Positions 1 to 9,089 are shown, counted from the first letter of the stretch. The stretch: 57,385 bases of DNA from Nanobdellota archaeon (GCA_013329215.1 DUKS01000012.1:1-57385); one strand, 5' to 3'. Notes: generated by a model from the letters alone, not told the origin. A program made the numbers and translations.

Positions 1-885
1 GTCGGAAGCAGCAGGGCAGTAGTGGGGTACAGGATTAAAAACCTTGAAAAAGATGGGGTTATAGAAAGCTATATCACCGCAATCAACCTTGGAAAGCTCG
101 GCTACACAAGCTACAAGATTTATTTCAAGCTTTTCAACCTCAATGACAGGGCTGAAAAGGAGTTCTATTCCTTCATGAAAGAGGCAAAATGCGTCATACA
201 CTGCCTTAAGACAGAAGGCGCATTTGACTGTTCAATTGTTGTAGCCGTAAGCAGCATAAAGGAGCTTGACGATTTTCTCACAGAATTGAAAAACCAGTTT
301 TCCGCAATAATCAGGGATTACCAGATAAGCCTTGTCGTGATGTCAAGGATATTCAAGCTTAGCAAGATTCTGATTGGAAAGGAATCAAAAGAGCCAAAGG
401 CGGAAAGGTTCTCAGGCAGCAAGGAAGACATGGCTCTTGATGAAAAGGACAAGGCAATACTTCAGGCAATTGCAAACAATGCGAACATGCCAATTGTGGA
501 GATTGCAAATAAAACAAACCTAAGCATTGACATTGTAAAATACAGGATGAGGAAAATGCAGGAGACAGGCATTGTAAACACGTTTAGGGCAATATATGAC
601 ACTTCAAAGCTGGGCTTCCACCATTATGTCATACTGCTGAAAACAAGGAAGATTACAAAAACAGGCGAGGAGATGATAAACAGCTGGGCAAAGATGCACC
701 ATTCTGTCATGTACATCACAAAAAGGATTGGAAACTGGGATTATGAGCTTAATGTTGCATTGGCTTCAATAGATGATTTCAGCGAATTCATAGGAGAGAT
801 GAAAAAGCAGCTTTCGGAGATGCTTGAGTCATACGATACAATAATCAATACGAAGATAATAAAGCTAAATTATTTTCCGCTATGA
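1..885 (+). CDS. Lrp/AsnC-family transcriptional regulator with two tandem HTH+RAM modules; 5' end runs off the window
   Basis: Frame is open from nt 1. First module is partial (..YRIKNLEKDGVIESY..). Second HTH is LDEKDKAILQAIANNANMPIVEIANKTNLSIDIVKYRMRKMQETGIV, followed by a RAM-like segment. Confidence 0.8.
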   Translation, partial: VGSSRAVVGYRIKNLEKDGVIESYITAINLGKLGYTSYKIYFKLFNLNDRAEKEFYSFMKEAKCVIHCLKTEGAFDCSIVVAVSSIKELDDFLTELKNQFSAIIRDYQISLVVMSRIFKLSKILIGKESKEPKAERFSGSKEDMALDEKDKAILQAIANNANMPIVEIANKTNLSIDIVKYRMRKMQETGIVNTFRAIYDTSKLGFHHYVILLKTRKITKTGEEMINSWAKMHHSVMYITKRIGNWDYELNVALASIDDFSEFIGEMKKQLSEMLESYDTIINTKIIKLNYFPL

Positions 886-2021
886 CCGGCTTCTTGTTTA
901 ACAGCATGTTTCTGCCTTGGATTAGGCACGCATTTTCTGCGCGCAGCTTCATACAATCCCTTAAAGGGCAATGGGCTAACATAAGCAAGCGGCTCTGCGC
1001 CTGAAAAAACCCTGTCAAAATCCCTTGCCCTGATACCCATGTTTTCTATTATTCCCCTGCATTCCCGGGCCGCCTTCTTTTCAATCAGCCTTATTGCTTC
1101 CCTTGTATATCCCCACTCATTGCCTATCTCTTCCAGTGTCATCCCATAATAAATCCTGCTGATAAGCACAAGCTTAGACTCTGCCCTATTAAGTTGCCTG
1201 ATTGCATCAAAAATAATGCCTGCTGCCTCAATATCGCCGCACTCCGCCTCGGGCATATGGCGCAAATCAGGAACGGTTTCAGCAAGCGTTGATTCTGTGC
1301 CGGGATTCGGGGGTGTGTCAAGGGAAAGCAGCGTTTTGACCTTGGAAGAGTCTATCGCCACAAACACCTGTTCTTCCAGCAGGCCTGTTGCAGCGCATAT
1401 CTGCCCCATGTGCATCCCAAAGTTGTCGTAATTTATCTCGGGGTTTTTGGCAAAAAACTTCTCTATCGCCTGCAGCTGCCTTTGCCTATTCAGGGGGATA
1501 ACGATCGTATGCCTCTTTTCAATCACCCCCCTTAGAATGTATGCCCTTACCCAGTGCCCTGCATAGGATACAAATTTAACATCGAACGTATAATCAAAAT
1601 CCTCAGCTGCCCTCGTAATGCCTGCGTTGCCATCCTGTATCCTGTCAAGAAGCGAAAGCCCCCTGTATTTTTTTGCAAAAGCAACAACAATCCTGAGGTT
1701 TGCAGTTATAAGCGAATCCTTTAATAGGCGCGCCGCTGTTTTTAAGCGCACAACTTCATCATAAAGCGATTTCAGCTCGTTGCCTTCCCTGCCAAGATAC
1801 GGCTTTCCTGAGGCAACAGCATGCTCAAGACCCGCGCTGAAGTTTTTTATCACAAGCCACCTTGTGCCGGGAACTGCATAGCCTGCTGACCTTATCAGAG
1901 CATCAAACTCATCGTTAATGGGATTAAGCTTCCTGCCTATTTCAGCCTCCTCTTCATGGCTTAAAACAGGATATTGTTCAATCTGCCTCCTGTACACCCT
2001 TTCAATTGCAGCCTCGTCCAT
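870..2021 (-). CDS. Bacterial-type RNA polymerase sigma-70 family factor (regions 1.2, 2, 3, 4 recognisable) with a ~65-aa C-terminal tail
   Basis: Region 1.2-like YRRQIEQYPVLSHEEEAEIGRKL. Region 2: LITANLRIVVAFAKKYRGLSLLDRIQDGNAGITRAAEDFD..KFVSYAGHWVRAYILRGV. Region 4.2 HTH: MTLEEIGNEWGYTREAIRLIEKKA. Confidence 0.85.
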   Translation of the reverse strand: MDEAAIERVYRRQIEQYPVLSHEEEAEIGRKLNPINDEFDALIRSAGYAVPGTRWLVIKNFSAGLEHAVASGKPYLGREGNELKSLYDEVVRLKTAARLLKDSLITANLRIVVAFAKKYRGLSLLDRIQDGNAGITRAAEDFDYTFDVKFVSYAGHWVRAYILRGVIEKRHTIVIPLNRQRQLQAIEKFFAKNPEINYDNFGMHMGQICAATGLLEEQVFVAIDSSKVKTLLSLDTPPNPGTESTLAETVPDLRHMPEAECGDIEAAGIIFDAIRQLNRAESKLVLISRIYYGMTLEEIGNEWGYTREAIRLIEKKAARECRGIIENMGIRARDFDRVFSGAEPLAYVSPLPFKGLYEAARRKCVPNPRQKHAVKQEAGHSGK

Positions 2022-2045
2022 TGTAAATGTGAGTTAAAGCTATGG

Positions 2046-2054
2046 TTTTATAAA
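2046..2054 (-). promoter_or_regulatory. TATA-like box upstream of the sigma-70 gene
   Basis: TTTATAAAA on the minus strand, centred ~29 nt upstream of the ATG at 2021. A near-perfect palindrome AAGAAAGCG-T-CGCTTTCTT (2062-2080) sits just upstream. Confidence 0.45.
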
Positions 2055-2082
2055 GCTTTGCAAGAAAGCGTCGCTTTCTTTA

Positions 2083-2107
2083 GCGCACAAAGCTACGCTT
2101 TGTACGC
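2083..2107 (-). terminator. Hairpin directly downstream of the PAC2-like gene
   Basis: ACAAAGC-TAC-GCTTTGT 7-bp stem extended by 3 further pairs, 10 nt after the stop at 2117. Function as a terminator is inferred only. Confidence 0.3.
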
Positions 2108-2116
2108 TGCAAGAAC

Positions 2117-2863
2117 TCATCCAAAATAGCTCATCTGAGGATTTTTTGCCTTTTCATCAACAGCCATTTCAGGCATAAGCGCCTCGTCCTCTATATTGTC
2201 TATTTCCTCTGCTATCTTGTCAAGGTCTATTTTGAAGCCGTACTTCCTGTTTAATACAGCGAGAATCTCCTTTGCGCCTTTTACGCCCAAATAAACAGGG
2301 TGCGCAAATGTCTGCGCCAATAATACAGCTGAAAGCATGCCTTTTTCCTTTGCAAGTCCTGCCAATAGGCCTGTAACCCCTATTATCGGGCCGACAACGC
2401 CGTAAATCCGTATGTTGCAGTCCGGGAATGATTTGATGTAATTCCTGTTGTTGCCTGACACATACACCTTTGGCTTTCTTGGGATTTTTCCAAGCCCTAT
2501 TCCGCCCATTGTGATTATTTCCTTTACTTTCAGCTCTTTCGCAATGTCCAGAAGCTTATAGCAGAAGTCATAGCACGCTTCCTCATTCACAGGCTGCGCA
2601 TCGCCTGAAACAAGTACGAATTCCTTGTTTTTTACTTTCTTGTAATACAGCCTCACTGACGGCATCTCAAGCAATCCCTGCTCTGTTACAAAAACAGAGT
2701 GCGGAAAGCGGCTTGACTCTATTTCCAACAGTTTCTCAGGCTTCAGGTGGTCTATAAGGAAGTCTATTGCGATTTTCCCCACATTCCCTATGCCCGGAAA
2801 TCCTGAAATCAGGATAGGCGCTTTTGTTTTCGCTTTTTTGAAAGTTTTAATCCTAAACTCCAT
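2117..2863 (-). CDS. PAC2-family proteasome assembly chaperone-like protein
   Basis: N-terminal ILISGFPGIGNVGKIAIDFLIDHL and ~250-aa size fit archaeal PAC2/PbaA-B proteins. Motif-level recognition only. Confidence 0.6.
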   Translation of the reverse strand: MEFRIKTFKKAKTKAPILISGFPGIGNVGKIAIDFLIDHLKPEKLLEIESSRFPHSVFVTEQGLLEMPSVRLYYKKVKNKEFVLVSGDAQPVNEEACYDFCYKLLDIAKELKVKEIITMGGIGLGKIPRKPKVYVSGNNRNYIKSFPDCNIRIYGVVGPIIGVTGLLAGLAKEKGMLSAVLLAQTFAHPVYLGVKGAKEILAVLNRKYGFKIDLDKIAEEIDNIEDEALMPEMAVDEKAKNPQMSYFG

Positions 2864-2904
2864 AACGAAAGAAAATATCAGGCGTGGTTTATAAAGCTGC
2901 TGGA

Positions 2905-3537
2905 TTATGCAAGCGCCCTGTACTTCACGTAAGAATAAACAAGGGTATAAATGGAAACCAGCAGAACAGGCGCCGCCAAAAGCCAGATTGCATAATCCGG
3001 AAACAAAAGCCCTGCAAGCGAAACAACCGCAGCAGCCTTGAACAGCCTTGCCCCAAGCGCGTGAGTCCTGCCCCAGACCTTATCGCTGCTCATTGTCCAT
3101 GGAGTCCTTATGCCGATAAACCAGTTTCTCTTTGCCTTTCCCATCATAACGCCGCAGAAATATATCATGATTGCAAACGCAGGCACCATCATCTGCATCA
3201 TGTTAAAGCGCAAGCCGAGGTTCCAGCCCAGCACAAGCAGGAGCATGTAAAACATGAAAGACACGAGCACTGCTATGAACCATTCAAAATAATTCCTGAA
3301 CTTTTCAATGTTCTTTCTCAGCGGGTCCAGCAATGGAAGCGCAAGAAACAGCAGAAACAGGGCGAGCGAGATTATCGGCATTATAAACAATCCCCAGAAT
3401 GCAGGCATATAGCCGTTGACATTCCCGCCTGCGTCCCAGTGCGATGCAACCTTTTCAGGCATCCATGGATAGAAGTATGCAGCCAGCAGGAAAGACGCTG
3501 TAATAACAGCAAGTGTGAATATACGCGCGTATCGCAT
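2905..3537 (-). CDS. SdpI/DUF1648-like integral membrane protein
   Basis: DUF1648-like YFYPWMPEKVASHWDAGGNVNGY followed by several hydrophobic helices. The ORF extends to 3810, but that part overlaps the GNAT gene and lies upstream of the TATA at ~3581-3590. ATG 3537 (or 3570) is preferred. Confidence 0.6.
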   Translation of the reverse strand: MRYARIFTLAVITASFLLAAYFYPWMPEKVASHWDAGGNVNGYMPAFWGLFIMPIISLALFLLFLALPLLDPLRKNIEKFRNYFEWFIAVLVSFMFYMLLLVLGWNLGLRFNMMQMMVPAFAIMIYFCGVMMGKAKRNWFIGIRTPWTMSSDKVWGRTHALGARLFKAAAVVSLAGLLFPDYAIWLLAAPVLLVSIYTLVYSYVKYRALA

Positions 3538-3610
3538 GCGAAATCTTAGGGCTCTATTCTTAATAACCATTTCGCAAAAGCTTTTATAGGGAGATTCCGT
3601 GGTACAGCAT

Positions 3611-4093
3611 ATGATAAAGATAAGAAAAGCCGGGCTGAAGGACATCCGTGCGCTCGTTGAGATGTGGGAAGAGTTTGAAAAGGAGCATGATGAGATGGTC
3701 TTGAAAAGGGGCCTGTCCTTAAAGGAGCTGCTTAAGAAGAAGCCAAATGCCAGGGCTGTGTACATCAAGTACCTCAAAAAAGCTATTTCAAAAAAAGGAA
3801 TTGTGCTCATTGCAGAGGCGGATAAGAAAGCAATCGGCTATCTTGAAGGCTCAATCAAGAAAAATGACCTGTTTGCCAGAAGGCTGGGCAGCATATGGGA
3901 CCTTTTTGTCAGAAAAGGGTTCAGGAAGCAGGGCATAAGCTCAATGCTGAAAGACCGGGCAATTTTCTTGTTCAGAAAAAAAGGCGTTAAGTTCTCTGAG
4001 ATGTACGTGCATGTTTCCAACACCAATGCCCATCAAATCTACAGGAAGTGGGGATTTTACGATGAAAGCATAAGGATGATGAAAAAGCTATAG
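3611..4093 (+). CDS. GNAT-family N-acetyltransferase
   Basis: Acetyl-CoA binding-like VRKGFRKQGISSMLL..NTNAHQIYRKWGF. ATG 3611 lies ~25 nt downstream of CTTTTATAG (leaderless); an alternative GTG is at 3599. Confidence 0.75.
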   Translation: MIKIRKAGLKDIRALVEMWEEFEKEHDEMVLKRGLSLKELLKKKPNARAVYIKYLKKAISKKGIVLIAEADKKAIGYLEGSIKKNDLFARRLGSIWDLFVRKGFRKQGISSMLKDRAIFLFRKKGVKFSEMYVHVSNTNAHQIYRKWGFYDESIRMMKKL

Positions 4094-4630
4094 ATTCCTG
4101 TAATGCTTCACCAGCTCATTCAGCGTCCACGGCAGGCATTGCCCTTTCCTGATGCCGAGCTTTTCCGCGTGCCTATATATTTTCTTTATTGCTCCCTTGT
4201 CATCTTTTGCCATCACTTCTATTTCCATGAACTCGGGAATGAACTCAAACTCCGCATGGTACTTGTCAAACTCAAACAGCACTCCGGGAAGAGAATAGCT
4301 TACTCTTGTCTTTTTCACGTCCCTCCACTGCTCCAGGCTAAGTGATTCAAGAATTGTTTTCATTGTTTTGAAATCAGACACTTCAAGCTCAAGCTCTTCA
4401 CGTATTTTTATGCCGGGGTTATCAACAGGATTTTTCAATGTAAGGTATGTCTTATTTCCTTTTGTCCGCAGCCTCAATGTTCTTGCCGCATTCCGGATGG
4501 ACTTGTCAGGAAAGTCAAAAGAAACAGCGTGTATCTCACCTTCAAAGTATTTCCTGGCGCCCATCGCAAGCAGCTTTTTCACTACCGCGCCCCTGTCAAC
4601 GCCCAGCACCTTCACCTCTACTTCATGCAT
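4088..4630 (-). CDS. CYTH-domain protein (class IV adenylate cyclase / triphosphate tunnel metalloenzyme family)
   Basis: N-terminal EVEVKV (ExExK), LRLRT, ELELEV and FMEIEV strands typical of the CYTH tunnel fold. Confidence 0.7.
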   Translation of the reverse strand: MHEVEVKVLGVDRGAVVKKLLAMGARKYFEGEIHAVSFDFPDKSIRNAARTLRLRTKGNKTYLTLKNPVDNPGIKIREELELEVSDFKTMKTILESLSLEQWRDVKKTRVSYSLPGVLFEFDKYHAEFEFIPEFMEIEVMAKDDKGAIKKIYRHAEKLGIRKGQCLPWTLNELVKHYRNL

Positions 4631-4683
4631 GATTAAAAATACAGAACAATATGGCAGTTATAAAACTTATGCCTGAGAAATAG

Positions 4684-5304
4684 TTAAGGCCTGCTTATCA
4701 GTATAGCCCTTGCAGGGGCGCTGTCACAGCCTTTTATTCTTAAAGGCAACCCTGCAAATATGTATTCTCCGGGCGGGACTTTGCTTAAGTCAAGGCCCTC
4801 AAACAAAGTCATGCTGCTTAGGATTAAATTGTGCACATTCTGGTTACCTGAATGGAATTTCTGGACAGAAAGCGAATCAATGCCAAGCGTTTTAATTCCT
4901 TTTTTTGCAAGATACCCGGCGCCTTCTTCGCTTAAGTAAATAAAATCAGCATAGAATTGTTTAAACCCGCGCAATGAATTCCTGGTTTTCAGGAGGATTA
5001 TATCCCCCGCGCGAATGTCAAGCGCCTGCAGGTCGGCAGCAAGTATACAAGAGCTGCATGCTGTCAGGTCAAGCACTTTTGCATTGCCATAAAAGGAATC
5101 CAATGGCAGTTTTTCAACAGCATTGCCAGTATTCTCAATGTGCCTTAATGAATCGGCATGCGTGCCTGAATGGCTTCCCATTTTTATTTCAGAAACATTC
5201 GCACCCGAACCGGGTATAGATTTTGCTGTTCTTATTTTTATCTCCGGATTATCAGGGTAGGCAATGGTTTCCCCAGAAAGCTCTAACGAAATGTCATAAA
5301 TCAT
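4684..5304 (-). CDS. Putative cyclase / arylformamidase-family hydrolase
   Basis: HxGTHxDxxxH-type motif SHSGTHADSLRH. ~200-aa size. Confidence 0.65.
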   Translation of the reverse strand: MIYDISLELSGETIAYPDNPEIKIRTAKSIPGSGANVSEIKMGSHSGTHADSLRHIENTGNAVEKLPLDSFYGNAKVLDLTACSSCILAADLQALDIRAGDIILLKTRNSLRGFKQFYADFIYLSEEGAGYLAKKGIKTLGIDSLSVQKFHSGNQNVHNLILSSMTLFEGLDLSKVPPGEYIFAGLPLRIKGCDSAPARAILISRP

Positions 5305-6182
5305 TTCGGCTGCCTGTGCCCCCCAAACTCTTCCCTCAGCGCAGCTATAAGCTTTGACGAAAATGAAGGGGCCTGTAATGACCTTATCCTGGCGTCGTAA
5401 GCAGAAATAATGGAATCAAAATCCACACCCCTCTCACTTGCCTCTTGTATGGCCCAGCCCCCGCTTTCACCGCCGCCGATTTTACCGTTATAAGCAGAAA
5501 GCCTGGCATCCCTTTCAAGGCATCTTGTGATTAACTCCAATACCCATGAGCGTATAACACTGCCGTGTTCCCAGGCTTTGGAAACCTGCGCTAAGTCAAT
5601 CCCGGGCTCTGTTTGCAAAAGCCCGAAGCCTTCTGCATAAGCCTGCAGCATTCCATATTCAATTGCATTATGCACCATCTTCACAAAGTGCCCTGCACCG
5701 CTTTTCCCGATATAATGCACGCCATCTTTTGCAGCCATTGCCATAAACGCAGGCAGGGCAAAATCAAACGCTTCCCTTTCGCCACCGACTGTAAAGCTTG
5801 CCCCGTTTGCGGCTCCTTCCAGGCCGCCGCTCGTACCTGAATCCAGATAGCACAAGCCTTTCGCCCTAAGCTCTTCTGCGCGCCTAACAGAATCCCTGTA
5901 AAAAGAATTGCCCGCGTCTACTATAACATCCCCTTTGCTTAAGTAAGGGGCAATTCCGCCGAGCGTATCATCAACCACGCCGGCCGGCACCATCAGAAAT
6001 ATCAGCCTTCTTGGGGCCAGCTGTGCAACCATATCCGGCAGGGAATCTGCCTTATTTATTCCTGCAATGCTGTTTAATGCTGCACGGTCTGTATCATATC
6101 CAGTCACAGAATTGCCTGCATTAACAAGCTGCGATGCAAGCCTTCCGCCCATCCTCCCCAAACCTGCAATGCCAATTTTCAT
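5301..6182 (-). CDS. 6-phosphogluconate dehydrogenase (decarboxylating)-like, short form
   Basis: N-terminal Rossmann IGIAGLGRMGGRLA. GTSGG..GHFVKMVHNAIEYGMLQAYAEGF is typical of Gnd/YqeC-type enzymes. ATGA overlap with the downstream gene. Confidence 0.75.
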   Translation of the reverse strand: MKIGIAGLGRMGGRLASQLVNAGNSVTGYDTDRAALNSIAGINKADSLPDMVAQLAPRRLIFLMVPAGVVDDTLGGIAPYLSKGDVIVDAGNSFYRDSVRRAEELRAKGLCYLDSGTSGGLEGAANGASFTVGGEREAFDFALPAFMAMAAKDGVHYIGKSGAGHFVKMVHNAIEYGMLQAYAEGFGLLQTEPGIDLAQVSKAWEHGSVIRSWVLELITRCLERDARLSAYNGKIGGGESGGWAIQEASERGVDFDSIISAYDARIRSLQAPSFSSKLIAALREEFGGHRQPK

Positions 6183-6183
6183 C

Positions 6184-7065
6184 TTACTTCAACCTCGAAA
6201 TTGCATAAGCGTACGCACCGATTATGCCTATGTCCTCGCCAAATTTTGTTGCGGTTATCTCAGGCACTGAATTTATGGTATATTGCTTTATTTCGCCATT
6301 AGGAGGGATTATGCTCTTAAACTGCTTTATGCCAAGCGTGCCCATTACGACAATAGCATCTGCAGGGAATGCATTCAGCATATTTCCAATGCCATGCGCA
6401 GTATAGCTTTTTGCAGTTTCAACAATTGCTATAGCCCATTTGCTGCCTTTTTTCGCACTTTCAAACACATCCTGGCAGGAAACAGCCATGCCCTGCTTTT
6501 TTGCCGTTTCCTCAATGCCATAGCCAGAAGCCTGCGCCACCCAGCAGCCCAACCGGCCGCAAGAGCATTTGTTTGCCAAAGAAGGGCTGCGCTCAAGCAT
6601 ATCATGCCCAAATTCCCCGCATGAGCCATGCATGGGCCTTCCATTAATTACAATGCCTGCGCCAATCCCTGTGCTTAATGCAAGAAGATAAAAATTTTCA
6701 GGTCTGTTGCCAAAATAAAGTTCAGCCATCACAGCCATATTCAGGTCATTATCAACAAAAACCGGCTCTTCACCAGCACCCAGCCCCGCCCTAATATCCA
6801 AAGGAGCATTAATGTGAAGAGGAGGGGCAGACTGAAGAATGCCGTTTTTAACCGGCCCCGGAAAGCCCATTGAAACGGCATCTATTTTCTGGTTTGCTTT
6901 GCTCCGCAACTGCTTTGAAACAGATTTAATCTGCTCCAATAGTTTTGATGGGTTCCCCCTTTCACTAGCTACCTGCACTTGGCAGATCATCTCATAAGGA
7001 TTGGCTTTTTTGATTAAGGCGCCTTTTATCTTTGTGCCGCCGATGTCATAGCATTCTATTATCAT
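6184..7065 (-). CDS. ROK-family sugar kinase (glucokinase-like)
   Basis: DIGGTKIKGALI N-terminus. ROK signature LSTGIGAGIVINGRPMHG..GEFGH and zinc motif CSCGRLGC. Confidence 0.8.
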   Translation of the reverse strand: MIIECYDIGGTKIKGALIKKANPYEMICQVQVASERGNPSKLLEQIKSVSKQLRSKANQKIDAVSMGFPGPVKNGILQSAPPLHINAPLDIRAGLGAGEEPVFVDNDLNMAVMAELYFGNRPENFYLLALSTGIGAGIVINGRPMHGSCGEFGHDMLERSPSLANKCSCGRLGCWVAQASGYGIEETAKKQGMAVSCQDVFESAKKGSKWAIAIVETAKSYTAHGIGNMLNAFPADAIVVMGTLGIKQFKSIIPPNGEIKQYTINSVPEITATKFGEDIGIIGAYAYAISRLK

Positions 7066-7085
7066 ATTTGGCCCCGGTAATAATA

Positions 7086-7099
7086 ATGAGGCCGCGAGG
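7086..7099. repeat. 14-nt exact copy of the tRNA-Pro 3' end (second copy at 7179-7192)
   Basis: ATGAGGCCGCGAGG occurs at 7086-7099 and again at 7179-7192, where it covers the tRNA acceptor/T-stem 3' end. Confidence 0.9.
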
Positions 7100-7179
7100 C
7101 ACGTTCGCTCCTGCTCTCTGCCTCACGGCATTCCTTCTTTCTGTGCCTGCAAATTAATGCCTGCACTTCCCCGTTTGTA

Positions 7180-7252
7180 TGAGGCCGCGAGGATTTGAAC
7201 CCCGGTTACAAACACCCCAAGCTTGTGTCCTACCAAGCTAGACTACGGCCCC
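7180..7252 (-). tRNA. tRNA-Pro (anticodon GGG), 73 nt, no encoded CCA, no intron
   Basis: Hand-folded cloverleaf from GGGGCCGTAGTCTAGCTTGGTAGGACACAAGCTTGGGGTGTTTGTAACCGGGGTTCAAATCCTCGCGGCCTCA. 7-bp acceptor; anticodon stem CAAGC/GTTTG; loop TTGGGGT with G37; T-loop TTCAAAT. Confidence 0.9.
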
Positions 7253-7375
7253 GTATTTCTTCCTTCAGCCCATCTGTGGGCTACGAGCATAAGCGAGTAT
7301 GCCCGCAACACGATCAAGCGGAATGCCGCTTGCTACGGCTACAGCCCCATAATGCTTTTTGTTATATGACTCTAT

Positions 7376-7924
7376 TTAAAAAGCTTGCCTCTTCACAATC
7401 AGCGGCACTTTGCCTGTGAAATCAATGACTGTCGAAGGATTGTTTGCAAGCGTCCCGGCATCTATAATAAAATCAGCCTTTTCAGTGACCATGGGCGATA
7501 TCTTTTTAACATCCACGGCGGGTGCAGTGCCTGAAATGTTCACGCTCGCGCAGACCAGAGGCAGCTTTGCCTTTTCAAAAGCTTTCATTACAGGGTGCTC
7601 AAACAGCCTTACTCCTATAGCTGATGAAAAGCCCTTTGCCTCTTTCTTCGGCTTAAGCACATAAGTGAAAGGCCCGGGCAGCTTGTCCAGAAAAGCCTTT
7701 TTTACATTAAAGTTTGCATCAATCCATTTCTTGGAAGGCGCAACAACAGACAAAAGTGCGTCCGGCCTTTTTGCCGCGTTCAGCCTTTCAACAGCTTCCG
7801 GCAAAAGCGCGTTGCACGCAATGCAGTAAACAGTGTCAGTCGGTATGATAACCAAAGCGCCTTTTTTAACCGCTTTAACAACATCCGCCCCGCCTGCATC
7901 CTCAACAGGTAATGTCTTTGCCAT
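7376..7924 (-). CDS. L-threonylcarbamoyladenylate synthase, YrdC/Sua5-type (single YrdC domain)
   Basis: IIPTDTVYCIACNA, PGPFTYVL, VCASVNISG and STVIDFTG match conserved YrdC-domain blocks. Confidence 0.8.
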   Translation of the reverse strand: MAKTLPVEDAGGADVVKAVKKGALVIIPTDTVYCIACNALLPEAVERLNAAKRPDALLSVVAPSKKWIDANFNVKKAFLDKLPGPFTYVLKPKKEAKGFSSAIGVRLFEHPVMKAFEKAKLPLVCASVNISGTAPAVDVKKISPMVTEKADFIIDAGTLANNPSTVIDFTGKVPLIVKRQAF

Positions 7925-7965
7925 AGGTATAGAGTTTATAAGAGTGTATATATAAAGATTACTTC

Positions 7966-8700
7966 TTACAGCGCCTGGAGCTTTTTAACAGTGCCGAAAT
8001 CAAGCGTTTCGCCGTTTCCGCCTGCAACAAGTACTTCAAAACCCGAGATATCTGAAAGGAACGGGCTGAGCAGTTCCTCTTTCAGAACGTCAGAGCCTTC
8101 AACAGCCATGTTAAATGATGGCATGACGATAATGCCTTTCCCATTCCATTTTCCCTTAAGGAAGCACTTGAACTTCTCTGCCCTGCTTCCCTCCCTTAGG
8201 CTGACAGCAGGATGCTCGTGCCCTATCATTATTGTTTTAGCTTTAGCCAGAGCTTCTTTCTTTGGTATCTTGTCGCCGTGGCACACAAGAATATCATTTA
8301 CAAGCTCATAATCCTTTACAGCAATATCTCTCTTGTTTGCAATCGGCCCCAAAATAGTATCGTGGTTACCCCTGACTAAAATAATGTTCCCGCATTTTTC
8401 CAGAAGAAAATCAAGAACTCCAAGCGTGTTCCGCCATTCTGTTTCTGATATTGTGCCGAACTCGTGCTTTAAGTCGCCATTGATTATTATCTTTTCCACT
8501 TCAAGCTTTTCCGTTTCAAGCATCCTAAACAGCTTTTCAAGCCTTGCGATAGTGTCCCTGTACTGCATTCTCGGCACCAAAACCCCCTGCTTGTTGACAG
8601 CTTCCTCATAGCCCATGTGCACATCAGAGATTACAAGTGTTTTATCAAAGTATAATGCAAGATCGATTGCAAATATTCCTTTAAAGATTTCAAATGCCAT
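7966..8700 (-). CDS. Calcineurin-like metallophosphoesterase (archaeal ICC/MJ0037-like)
   Basis: Motifs ISDVHMG, INGDLKHEFG, VRGNHD, GHEHP. Confidence 0.75.
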   Translation of the reverse strand: MAFEIFKGIFAIDLALYFDKTLVISDVHMGYEEAVNKQGVLVPRMQYRDTIARLEKLFRMLETEKLEVEKIIINGDLKHEFGTISETEWRNTLGVLDFLLEKCGNIILVRGNHDTILGPIANKRDIAVKDYELVNDILVCHGDKIPKKEALAKAKTIMIGHEHPAVSLREGSRAEKFKCFLKGKWNGKGIIVMPSFNMAVEGSDVLKEELLSPFLSDISGFEVLVAGGNGETLDFGTVKKLQAL

Positions 8701-9052
8701 TCGTTATTCTCCGTATATAGTTCGCCAGCCCCTCTATCTGCCTCAGTTCTGTCTTGAACAATAGCAGCCTCAGCCTGTCATTTATCCTAACGCCTTTCTG
8801 CTGCAGCTCGTGCTTCACATTATGGTAAAGCTTTTTTCCTTCCTCATCCAGGTCAGTGAGTATTATAGCCTCTTTTGCCGTTATTGATTCAACAAGCCTG
8901 TAAAGAGGCTTGCCATTCAGGATGATTATATTGGAAACACCGAGCTCTTCAAGAGCCTTTTTGTCATTGCTTCCTTCGACTATTACAAGCGTGTTGTTCT
9001 CTTTGATTGTTTCAATCTCTTTCAATACATCTTCAATAACCTGCATGTCCAT
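8690..9052 (-). CDS. Small Toprim-domain protein
   Basis: VIVEGSNDKKALEELG ... ILTDLDEEGKKL (Toprim E and DxD motifs). 11-nt overlap with the phosphoesterase gene. Confidence 0.7.
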   Translation of the reverse strand: MDMQVIEDVLKEIETIKENNTLVIVEGSNDKKALEELGVSNIIILNGKPLYRLVESITAKEAIILTDLDEEGKKLYHNVKHELQQKGVRINDRLRLLLFKTELRQIEGLANYIRRITNGI

Positions 9053-9089
9053 AACAGGCTAAAGCAAATAAAGCGTTAAAAATCTATCG

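Noticed and set aside
2884-3549. 221-aa plus-strand ORF rich in His/Arg/Gln
   Set aside because: It is antisense to the SdpI/DUF1648-like membrane protein. Its composition is implausible and it has no start context.
7086-7130. Possible second tRNA, tRNA half or split-tRNA fragment downstream of tRNA-Pro
   Set aside because: Only the 13-14-nt acceptor/T-stem 3' segment is duplicated. The preceding sequence cannot form a T-arm or any cloverleaf element.
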